From Octopus sinensis (taxonomy: Eukaryota), in contig NC_043005.1 of assembly GCF_006345805.1 (NCBI RefSeq), positions 85,746,001-85,810,000 on the forward strand: DNA of 64,000 nucleotides. The letters run 5' to 3'. Position numbers and translations under genes: made by a program. Under the pieces are notes generated by a model, which saw only the letters and a list, made by a program, of their open reading frames with translations, did no database searches and was not told the DNA's origin. This document shows positions 50,711 through 62,389 of this stretch, piece after piece (within the stretch, counting starts at the first letter, position 1; each line of letters begins with the position of its first letter).

Positions 50711-51744
50711 TTTGAGCTGAGAACGTAGCGGCAGACGAAATACTGCTAAGCATTTCGCCCGACGAGCTAACGATTCTGCCAACTCGCCACCGTCACATTA
50801 TAATGTGATGGTTGGCGATAAACTTCCAATAACATCTCTAAATACGTATTGATGATTGTTCAGTCATGATGATCCCTTTTTTAAATGTATTTTCATATCT
50901 CCAACCTTCGTTTTAACACATAACATATAACATGGGTGAGGTAAAACGTTTGTAAACTTGGTAACTGAAACATCTATATCAATTGAAACACTCTTGTTGC
51001 AAGAATGATGAAATATTCCTTTACACTTCCAAATATTCAACGATTTAAAGTATGTCTTCAACTGAGCCACAGGTATAGACTTTAGAATGATAGGCAGAAT
51101 ATGCTGGAGATAACCTAAGAGCATCAACGTGTCCAATTCCTTTGTTTGTCTTACTTTTGAGATCGTCTGTTATACGGCTTACAACATCTAATATAATTCT
51201 GTAAGAGAGTTTCAACTAGATTTTTACTGATACTTATTTAATCGACCCCGATAGGATGAAAGGCAAAATCAACCTCGACAGAATTTGAACTCAGTATTGA
51301 AATCAATATTGGCAAAGCTAAATCGCTTTACCAATATTGCACTCATAACAGTCATAGTGTTCAAAATGGAGCAATATCTAAAAGCACAATATATAATCTT
51401 TCCAACTGTGGCAAATTTTCAGGAATTCAAGATGGGGGAAACGAAATGCAATTCTGTTTCAGAGAAGAAGCAGTTAAAAAATTATGCTGATCAAAATAGC
51501 TTTACCTATTCACCGGATACATCAAAGGCATGATTTTCTCCTGGTTCAGATCTAATCAATTTTTTTATTCTTGGATAAACTTATAAAGTGAAGCAAACAT
51601 GGATTCAGTTTGGTGGGGAAACCATTCCAGTTGATGAAGAATCTTTGGATTCTGATACCCGTTGGCAGTTCTTACAGGCTCACAGAGTACACTGTCCATG
51701 ATCCGAAGCTTCCGTGAACTCGCTGCATTATTGTACATAGTAAG

Positions 51745-51925
51745 GTGGCGAGCTGGCAGAATCGTTAGCACGAAGTATCTAGCGGTATTTCGGCCATCAC
51801 TACGTTCTGAGTTCAAATTCCACCGAGGTCGACTCTGCCTTTCATCCTTTCGAGGTCGATAAATTAAATACCAGTGAAATTCTTGGGTCGATGTAATCTT
51901 CAGGCCTTGTGCCTATAATAGAAAG
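51745..51925 (+). mobile_element. SINE family B
   Basis: GGTGGCGAGCTGGCAGAATCGTTAGCAC...GAGTTCAAATTCC; tail CCTTGTGCCTATAATAGAAAGG. Confidence 0.8.
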
Positions 51926-52021
51926 GTTTATTGTATATAGTTGTGCTATACTCCAAGTGAAGCATTGGCTTCTTCTTGTACTAGAAAGAGTAGGGCTTTC
52001 TATTTTATTGATTTTAAATGG

Positions 52022-52350
52022 TGAGGGCTCGTGGCTTCATGTTTAAGGTATTTGACTTACGATCGTAAGGTCGTGAGTTAGATTCCAAGCAACCCGTTCT
52101 GTCCTTTAGCCATACACTTTATTGTCACGTTGCTCCAGTTCACTCAGCAGAGAAACAAAAATAGTTGTATTTGTAAATCAAAGGGTCAGCCTTGTCATAT
52201 TCTATGTTTCTCTGAATCTCCTAGAGAACTACATCAAGGGCGCCCGTGTCTACGGAGTACTCAGCCACTTGAACGTTGATTACAGAAGCACACTGGTCTG
52301 TAAATCAGAACAGCCGGAACACTTGTCGTCGTAACCGACGGTGTGCCAGT
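52022..52350 (+). mobile_element. SINE family D
   Basis: CACGTTGCTCCAGTTCACTCAG body; tail GTCGTCGTAACCGACGG. Confidence 0.7.
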
Positions 52351-52981
52351 ATTGATTCTGAAATGATTCCAAAGTATGTGGATAACTGGCTGGCGAATAA
52401 ACTCAAACATATTCTAAAAGAGCTCCTCAGCATCTTTAGAGTACTTGAAACTAGAGCCTCTTTGAAGATCCTCTTCTGGTCGGCATTAATTCCTAAGAAA
52501 CATCTTCTCGAGTGAGCGTCACATTGCGATGCAGACTTGGTTAGATTATACAATCTTGTTTAGTTCTAACGGACTCAAATATATGCAAAGTTTGTTTCTT
52601 ACCTTCAAAGAAAGATCTGGCTATTCTACTCTCAGCAAGTAAATTAACTTTAAGAAATTAATTCTGCTTTCCCGAAGTGATCTTCGCTTACATTTAAGAG
52701 AGTCTAACTATCACCACCAGGTTTTCGCTTCGTTTCTGCAGCAATAAAGATATTTCAATTAATTAAGAACAGTTTTGCTTAAAGCATTTGGTACATCACA
52801 AATCATAGTAATTTATGACTGGTAACTTATTGGTTCAAGATATATACATAAATAATTAATTAGTGAAAAGCAATTAGATTCGAAATCTACACTGTCTATT
52901 GTTGCTCTTGATGATCATGATGAAGATGCTAAGGATGATGTAATGGTGGCTAAACGAGGCTATTGTTGTTGTTGTTGTTGA

Positions 52982-53180
52982 GGCAGTGAACTGGCAGAAT
53001 CATTAGCGCACCAGCGTTATGCGAGTCGTTAGGTTCTGAGTTCAAATTCCTGTGAGGTCGACTTTACCTTTCTTCCTTTCGGAGTCGATAAGATAAGTGC
53101 CAGTTACACACTGGGGTTGATGTAATCGGCATAATCTCTCCTTTAGATTTGCTAGCCTTGTGCCAGACTTTGAAACCATA
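52982..53180 (+). mobile_element. SINE family B
   Basis: GAACTGGCAGAATCATTAGC...GTTCTGAGTTCAAATTCC...CCTTGTGCCAGACTTTGAAACC. Confidence 0.75.
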
Positions 53181-53204
53181 ATTATTACTATCGCAAGGCT
53201 CGCA

Positions 53205-53485
53205 GCCAAGAGGTGCATTGCGTTCTTGAGCAAGATCCTTTATTTTATGTTGATCGAGTGCATTCAGCTGGCGAAAATGAGTAGCACCCGTATGGCCGTA
53301 GTTTAATAACTGAAATAAAATATAGAAGATGAAAAAAGCATTGTCACATTGAATCGCCTTCAGAATTACATTAAGGGTAGCCGTGTCTGTGGAGTACTCA
53401 GCCACTTGCACGTCAATCTCACGAGCAGGCTGTTCCGCTGATCAGGTCAACTGGAACCCTCGTCGTAGTAAGCGACGGAGGGCCA
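53205..53485 (+). mobile_element. SINE family D (degenerate)
   Basis: TTCTTGAGCAAG...CGTGTCTGTGGAGTACTCAGCC...CAACTGGAACCCTCGTCG. Confidence 0.65.
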
Positions 53486-55178
53486 GTTAATTATTATGCG
53501 TTAAGTTAGGGACAAAAAAAAATTGCATCCGTGACGTTACCAGGGCGAGAAAGAGGAAAGAAATCCTGCATCAGAAGACAACATCTCACCGTTTTGTGTT
53601 AGAATATGTGATATCAAAACTTGAACGGAGAAGACACTATTTTACAAATGTAACATGAAGCGGTTATATGAAACAGAGCGGTTACAGATACGTTAATGGC
53701 TGGCCATGACACCGTATTTGCTTTTTGTGATTGTAATGTATCACCAAGTATATTAAGCGTTTAAAAATCAATACTGAGCCTATTTTGTGTTAGCAGTGCG
53801 ATATAATGAGTTTTAATTTATATCTACAGATTTATTATATAGTTTAGAGGCAGCACGGAAAGGCTTATCTTATACATAGATTTATTCATTTACGAAACGT
53901 CATAAATTTCAGCGCTGCCTTCAAATTCTACGGAAAATCTGTCGAGATACACTTAAAAGCGGCTACAGATATGAACTAAGCAGGAATTACTTGATTGTAT
54001 GCTTGTTAAACACACGCCATACCAGCGCCCAGAATATAACTTATTCACATATTTGCTCTTTTGTTAAAAATCAAAGAGAATATTACGGAACTTTGATAAC
54101 GAGGATAATCCTGTATAGATTCTCATTTGTCATTTATTATTCATGAAACGATTGTGGATTTTCTAATATCGATATTTGCTTATTTTCAAATGATTATTTT
54201 GTTTTCGTTGATGCATTATCGAGTTCTTCTTTCCAAAGTTAGATGATATATATAATGAATTTTGCCATTAATTAGCGGTATATATTCTGGAGAAAATTTC
54301 CAAAATATAGTAAGGTAGAATTTCAGTCGTCTTTTAGCCTTTCCAAAAAATAACAACAAACATTCGCCGGAAAATTCCACTGTGTTCGGAATGATTTACG
54401 AGAGGAGAACTTGCATCAATTACAATATGAAAATTACAATTTTAATAACTTAATGGCGGTGTTAACGATTCCAATGGATTTGCTATCGAGAAGCAATACG
54501 AGCGAATTTAAATATTTCCTCTTTGATGAATGGCAATATAATAAAATAATTAATCACTCGATTATTTTAAGCCAATATCCTGTTTGTGGATCCATAGAAG
54601 CAAGTTATGCCTCCCATTTACTATCTGAAATTAGCGAAATTATTTCCATCTCTATTGTTCTTGCCATATAAAATATTGATAACGTTTATCTCGGGCTCAA
54701 GGCTTCACACCTCATCAGAAGCTCTAAACTGCCATTGTAGGCGTTGTATTCGCGACCATTTTACCGTAACGTGAAACTCCACAAGAAAATAGGTTTCGTG
54801 CTGTGAAATTCCAGGTTACGGCAAAACTTTGAAGAGCACATTACTTCAGCAACACTGAATTGGCCCAGTCTACCGAACTGTGTTCCTTTATTTCGTATTT
54901 ACTCCAGCTTATATCGGAAATGGTGAGCAATAGGCTTCTCTGGTTACAAGCGAGAGATCAATATTTCACTGCTTTTCTGACAGTAAAACTAGCAAGGGAA
55001 TTTTTGTAGAAGAAATATTGATGTCATACAAATGCTGTTATGAATTTCGTTCAAGATATAATAGTTTTTCAGTTTGCTGGAGTAAGTTTAGAACCGTTGC
55101 CAATATCCATAGATCGAATACACATACGCACACACACAAAATATAAACGAAGAAATATGCATACATATATATCCCTTT

Positions 55179-55257
<79 letters not shown>

Positions 55258-55259
<2 letters not shown>

Positions 55260-55548
55260 GGTGTATTGTCTGGTGATTACGATATTGCACTCACGATTGC
55301 TAGGTCGTAGGTTCGATTTCTGGATAAGGCAGAGAGCTTTCTTCTTGAGCAAAATGCTTCTTTTCGCGTTAATCGGTCTACTCAAGTATAGAGGGGTCAC
55401 CCTACAACAGCCTAGCCTTTTCTTCAGGGGTAATGTTGGATTGCTCATCTAACAAGCGGGGTAGCATCACTCAAAAGCTAGAAAACGATGCTAAGCACAT
55501 TGTGACCGGTGATGTACAACATCCGATAATCTGGTCGATCACGTGAAA
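55258..55548 (+). mobile_element. Additional tRNA-like SINE (different tail)
   Basis: GGTTCGATTTC B-box-like motif and a CTTGAGCAAAATGC body; single copy in the window. Confidence 0.45.
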
Positions 55549-56240
55549 TTTATATAAATACATACGCTGCGACTTTATCTACTCACAGCGTATTGATCAA
55601 ACGGAGCCAAGAGTAAAAGCACAAAGCTTGGATTGAAATTGAACCCAGAACTTTGCAGTTGTGAAGCGTTGTTCTTAACCACAATTTCATGAGTAAACCT
55701 AATTAATAAAAACGTTTTAGAATGTTATACAGCGTGTAAATCGCCGAAAGCCGCGGTCGGCTTAAGAACATTAACCGATATGATTGTAGCGGTAGCTAGA
55801 TTGTTGAATGATCTCCCTTGCAAGAAAGATCATAGAGTAACCTCCCTTTTCTACGTTTCTCGCAACATCTGTATCATGAAACGTGATTCTTAATTATTCA
55901 AGAAGCTTAGCGTTTCTCTTGGAAGTTTCTATAATGTCTAGCGATCCATTAATGAAACAGCTTGCTAAACCAGCTCTTCGCTTCCTAGTCGATTAGACTT
56001 AGAGCCATTCACGTCATTGCTATGTCCGTCTATTTCTCTATGCCACATGACTGAAAACCACCACTTAGCTGTTATTTCTACATTTTCTCTCTCTGAACTT
56101 TCTTGCATAGATTACTTCATTCAACTAGATTCTACATTTTGATTCCATATATCATCGTCGACCTGTAAATAAAATATATTTTTATGTAGTAAATATAGGC
56201 GGTATTAGCAGTAGTTTCAAATTTTGGCACAAGGCCAGCA

Positions 56241-56589
56241 AGCAGAAGTACTGGGGGAGCAACATAGCCATGTATTGAGAGGGATTGTTTGGGGTTTGAA
56301 TAATTCACCTCTGGAAACATGGGTGGTGTGTTCAACATCCTTAAACAACCCTTATTCAGGCATCTTTTGAGCGGGATGGGTTACTCGACCTGATGAAAAT
56401 TTTAACTGGGTCCCACCTGCAAGGTCATGAGCTGTTTATCTTAATATGAGATCACCATGTCGCGCACATATGGTTGTGATGCATGTGTCTGGTGTACCCT
56501 TATAAGACGGGTTGTCATGATGGGTATACTGGGCTTCGTATATTTTACCCAGGTGTCACTTTAATGGCATGCACTTCTCGCTCACTCAC

Positions 56590-56590
<1 letters not shown>
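56241..56590 (+). mobile_element. 5'-truncated copy of the (AAT)n-associated element (family H)
   Basis: Reverse-complement match to ~61436-61760; followed by (AAT)n. Confidence 0.75.
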
Positions 56591-56669
<79 letters not shown>

Positions 56670-57321
56670 GTTATTCTCCTCCTATAATTCATCATCATCA
56701 TCATCATAACAATAATGATGATGATGATGATGATGATCATCATCATCATCATTATCATCATCAACGTCTATATCATTATGTTTAAAAATTATTATATGCT
56801 TTATGAGTTAGCAAGGATGTTGGTGACAGTAAGTCTCCTCAATTCTGAAGAATCTTTTCAAATTATTATTTACTGGTTTTGGTTTTCTGCTATGTTGAAA
56901 CTTTTGTTTTTTGGTGTTTTATATGTTCATTTACTTATAAAATGACGTTAGAATTCTTTCAATGAATCAAGATTGCATTACATATTCTTTAAAATTAAAT
57001 ACCTTTGAATTTATGCAACAGTTTTGATTTGTTTTCCAATAATTTATTAAATGACTCTAAATTCCATATTTCAAATATAGCAATACAGTGTACCCATCCA
57101 GAAATGTATTGTCAACCACCTACTGAAGTTAACAGGTTAAAACAAAAAGCGAAAACGAAAATGTGATATTACATCGTCGTGTGGACGAATATCTTCTGGT
57201 AGTATCTCAGCTTATTTCATGCAGAAATTTTCTTAGCTCGTCATTATGAAATATAAATGTGGATGGCGCTGATGCGAATGTGTTGAAACTGTAATGTTAT
57301 TTAAGGCGTTATCATCATGGA

Positions 57322-57549
57322 TAGGCGCAGAAGTAGTTGTGTGGTAAGAATTTTCCTTTTGCAACAACCATACAGTGTCAACTTCAGTCCCATTGCCTAG
57401 CAACTTGGACAAATATCTTGAACTATCGCTTCGTTTTTGACCAAAGTCTTGTAAGTGGATTTGATAGATGGAAACTGAAAGAAGCCTTTCAGATATATAC
57501 ATATATATATACATACACACATACATACATACATACATACATACATACA

Positions 57550-57608
<59 letters not shown>

Positions 57609-57616
57609 CTATCTAT

Positions 57617-57656
<40 letters not shown>

Positions 57657-57995
57657 ATATATCTATCAATATGTGTGTGTGTATGTATGTCTGTCCGTAT
57701 GTATGTATACTTCATTAATAAAACTGCATATATACATATATAATCTATATATAATCTATATATAATCAAGAACTAAAATAACCTCTATAAACAATTGAAT
57801 ATAAAGAAACCTAGTATTTAAGTTCTCATATTCAAAGATGAAGAATCTAATGTATATATCTGAAAGGCTTCTTTCAGTTTCCATCTACCAAATCCACTTA
57901 CAAGACTTTGGTCAAAAACGAAGCGATAGTTCAAGATATTTGGCCAAGTTGCTAGGCAATGGGACTGAAGTTGACACTGTATGGTCGTTGCAAAG
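57322..57995. repeat. SINE A (+) with an inverted near-identical duplicate (57358-57500 / 57852-57994)
   Basis: Both copies share private substitutions, e.g. GAACTATCGCTTCGTTTTTGACC. Confidence 0.8.
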
Positions 57996-59386
57996 AATTT
58001 ATTAAAAAGATATTCTATTTCTATGGTAACGTAATTTTGTAAACGCTGTAACAGTTAGACTTTTAAATTCACTTCATAACTTAAAATTGAATAGAAGGTA
58101 TGTATTATTTTCTCCTTATGTTAATTATGTTAATCTTGTTGTTTATGTAGTGTTCTATTTATCGTACTTTTCTTTGTTATTAATTATTAAATAATTTAGA
58201 CATACTTTGATAAATAGATAGGTTCGTTTTTAAATGGATGTATATATATTTATTTATTTATCTGTATGGGTGTGGGTGTGAATATATTGGTGTATATATC
58301 GAGTATTGTACGTATGTATATGTATGTGTGAGTGGGTATATGTATATGTTTTGTGGGTGTGTGTTATATGTGTGTGTATTTGTGTGTGAATGTATAGATT
58401 AAGGGGATTGTTATATAGGTTTGTTATTGTGTATGGTAAAGGGAGGTTATGTTTAATAATAGAATAATTCTATATAAGTTATTATTCACATTCATAAATT
58501 TGTTTTAGAGTGGTGTTGGGGTTTTTAATAGTATATTGCTGAGTAGGGAATGTTACTGTATGTATGTGGCTGAGTGTATGTATCTGCTGAATTTGTTACT
58601 CCTCTGTGTTGGAGTGGCGGTAGGATTGCGGTTGTATTTGAGTGATTATGTGTGAGTGTGTGTGGGTGTGCATTGTTTATGTGTAGAAATGTTGTTTTCA
58701 TTTGAGTGTTTATGTATGTGTGAATGTGTGTGTGTGTGTTTGTTTGCGTATTTGTGTATGTTTGTTGCATGCATGTGGTATTTGGAATATGTGTGTGTGT
58801 GTGTGTTTATTTTAAGTATTTATGTATGGTTGTTGTATATATGTGGTATATGGTATTTGGTAGTTTCTTGCTAAGAATGAAATGTTTATGTTGTTGTGGT
58901 TGAGTATATGCGGCTGATGGATGTGTGGTTGTCATGCAGAGTGAGTGTGTTTATGAATGAAGGTTGTATGTGTGTGTGTGGGAGTATGAATAAGTAATGT
59001 GTAGAAGAATACGGCTACTTTATTAATTTATCGTTGCCTAGGTGTTTATGTGTATGTATAGATATATATATATATATGGGTGTGTGAGTTAGTGTATGTA
59101 TTTAGATATGTTTATATATACTTAGATATATGTGTATGAGCATGTGTGTATATATATTTTATTTTTTGTTTTTTGAAATTAGATTCTTCATCTTTAAATA
59201 TGAGAACTTAAATACTAGGTTTCTTTATATTCAATTGTTTATAGAGGTTATTTTAGTTCTTGATTATATATAGATTATATATAGATTATATATATATATT
59301 TTTTCATTGATAAATTTATATTATTCATAGTTTTAGTCATTTTAAATTTATATCTTAAAAATATTGATTATTTTTAGATCTGAAAT

Positions 59387-59432
59387 CCACCTCAGGAATG
59401 TCCTTAGAAGAGACACGAAACAATTGTAGTGG
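59387..59432 (+). ncRNA. Minimal type I hammerhead-ribozyme-like motif (PLE type), G5 mutated to C
   Basis: Stem I CCAC/GTGG, core CTCAGGA...GAAAC, stem II TGTC/GACA, palindromic stem III ACAATTGT, GUA cleavage triplet. Confidence 0.65.
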
Positions 59433-59526
59433 CGAATTTAATTGTATTTAATTTATATTAAATTTTTTTATGTATTGGATTAAGTCTTTCTTTGTTTGAT
59501 TTGCAAAATAGTGGTTTTGTCTCTAA

Positions 59527-59570
<44 letters not shown>

Positions 59571-59712
59571 CTATCTATCAATATATATATATATATATAT
59601 CAATATATCTATCAATATGTGTGTGTGTATGTATGCCTGTCCGTATGTATGTATACTTCAATAAAACTGCAGACATCACAAAACCTGTTACTCAGTGATA
59701 GATTTGTCAGAC

Positions 59713-59783
59713 GGCAGTTTAGCTTAATGGTAAAGCGCTTAGCCTGAGTCTCGAGGGATGTGGGTTCGAGTCCAATGACTGTT
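59713..59783 (+). pseudogene. tRNA-like sequence (tRNA pseudogene or isolated SINE head)
   Basis: A-box TAGCTTAATGG, B-box GGTTCGAGTCC, D-stem GCTT/AAGC and a wobble-rich acceptor stem; the anticodon and T arms are irregular. Confidence 0.5.
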
Positions 59784-59843
59784 TGTTGAAAAACCTTCCG
59801 CTTTCTAAGGGTCTTCGCTTGTAAAATACAAACGTTAGTTTGT

Positions 59844-59895
<52 letters not shown>

Positions 59896-60296
59896 ATGGA
59901 TGTATGTATATGTTTGTCCCCTGCTACCCCTTCACCACCGGTGTTGGTATGTTTACGCTCTATAACCAAGCAGTAGGAAAAAAAGCGGTAAAATGAGTAC
60001 CAGGGTTAAAAAAATTCAACACAACGGTCAGTTCATTCGAGGGAATTTTATTCAAGGCGGTACTCCAGTATGGCCGCAGTCTAATAACTGAAGCACTTAA
60101 AACATAAAACATGGATGGAGAAAAGAGAATTATAAGTAATGTGATCAAATAATTGTTATTATATACTATAAAATCTATATAATTAATTATCATCTTACAA
60201 TGTTTGTTTCGTCTAATTGCATTAATTATTAAGTACAATGATTATGAATTGATAATTTGCTTGAATTGTGCTGTAGATGAGAATGTACGGATATAA

Positions 60297-60590
60297 AGGT
60301 GCGTAGCTTAGCGGTTAGGATACTCAGCTCACGATCGAAAGGCCGTGAGTTCGTTATACTGAGGCGCACTTTGTCTCTTGAGCAAGGCACTTCATTTCAT
60401 ATTGCAGTCCAATCAAAAATGAGTTGTTACTGTATTTCAAAGGGTTAGTTCTGTTCCATTGCGTGTCAGGTTAATGGAACGCATGTCAATGGCGTGCTCA
60501 GCCACTCGCACATTAAGTTCACGGCCAACCTCTTCTTTGATCAGCTCAAATGGAACCACTCGTTGTCGTAACCAACGAACTGGTAGTAAT
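60297..60590 (+). mobile_element. SINE family D (degenerate)
   Basis: GGTGCGTAGCTTAGCGGTTAGG head, CTTGAGCAAGGCAC body and GTCGTAACC tail. Confidence 0.65.
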
Positions 60591-60811
60591 GTATGGAAGG
60601 AGTCGCTACTTCTTTATGCGGTTAAATTCATACAAAACCTTGTCAAACCATAAAATTAGAACTAAATTCGAGGACTGAATTAAATCAACGTAAATGTTCA
60701 ACTGTGATTCATGTTTATCTTTCATCATCACGAACATTTTACTCTTAATCTCATCGCCACTTAGTGTAGATAAGGAAGGTAACTTTAAAATCGGATATAA
60801 GGTAATTACAG

Positions 60812-60890
<79 letters not shown>

Positions 60891-60946
60891 ATTATCTACC
60901 TACCTATCTATCTATCTATCTATCTATCGATCTATCTATCTATCTG

Positions 60947-61029
<83 letters not shown>

Positions 61030-61186
61030 CACAACTATCTATTTATCTATTTACCTATCTGTGTGTGCGTGTCTGTGTGTGCGTGTCTGTGTGTGCGTGT
61101 CTGTGTGTGCGTGTCTGTGTGTGTGTTTATTTGGGGATGATAATGTTTTTGTCAATAGCCACCACACACTATTCGTTTGATCTTCA

Positions 61187-61380
61187 CTGGCAAACTGGCG
61201 GAACCGTTATCGCGCCGGAAAAGTGCTTAGCGGCATTTCGTCCGTGCTTACGTTCTGATTTCAAATTCTGCCAGGGTTGACTTTGTCTTTCATCCTTTCG
61301 CGGTCGATAAAATAAGTACCAATTGATACAATCGATTATGCACTCCCCATAATTTCAGGCCTTGTGCTTATAATAGGAAA
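61187..61380 (+). mobile_element. SINE family B ending in (ATT)n
   Basis: GTTCTGATTTCAAATTCTGCC...CCTTTCGCGGTCGATAAAATAAGTACC. Confidence 0.7.
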
Positions 61381-61435
<55 letters not shown>

Positions 61436-61436
<1 letters not shown>

Positions 61437-61984
61437 GTGAGTGAGAGAGCAGTGCATGCCATCAAAGTGGAGCTGGGGTAAAATATACGAAGCCCAGTAT
61501 ACTCATCATGACTACCCGTCTGATAAGGGTACACCAGGCACATGCATCACAACCATATGTGTGCGACATGGTTATCACATATCAAGATAAACAGCGCATG
61601 ACCTTGCAGGTGGGTCCCAGTTAGAATTTTCATCAGGTCGAGTGGCCAATCCTACTCAAAAGATCCCTGAATAAGGGTTGTTTAAGGATGTTGAACGGAG
61701 CACCCATGTTTCCAAAGGTGAATTATCTTAACCTTCAAGAATTCCTTTCATCACACTACTTCTGTTCGGGATCAGAGATGCACATATCGTCAGCCACTAA
61801 GGGACATGCTCAGCTAGTTAAGGTCAAACAACTGGTTAAAGTCAAACAAGCAAATCTGTGGTTTTGAGCAGAATATTTGCTGTAGCCCATCTTTTATACT
61901 AAGACAAAACAATGTACATGATAACACTTCCAATCAGTTAAGATCAGAAGACATGTAAGCTACTGCATGGTACTGAATCAGGGC

Positions 61985-61987
<3 letters not shown>
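61436..61987 (-). mobile_element. ~550-bp non-coding element (family H) embedded in (ATT)n
   Basis: (ATT)n at 61381-61435 and ~61988-62057 on both sides; partial copy at 56241-56590. Confidence 0.7.
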
Positions 61988-62057
<70 letters not shown>

Positions 62058-62182
62058 TCTCAGAGTTCTTAGACTACACATTCTGCAACCTCTTCAATGA
62101 CATTCTGTTCCTTAAAGAAACTACTACTACTACTACTACCGCTGCTACTGCTGCTACTACTACAACTACTACTACTACTATC

Positions 62183-62240
<58 letters not shown>

Positions 62241-62389
62241 ATAATAATAATAATAATAATAATAATGATAATAATAATAATAGTAGTAGTAGTGGTAGTA
62301 GTAGTAGTAGTAATAATAATAATAATAATAATAAACAACACATACATATAAAATATGGAAGGAAAATAATAGAGATATAGCCTTGGATA

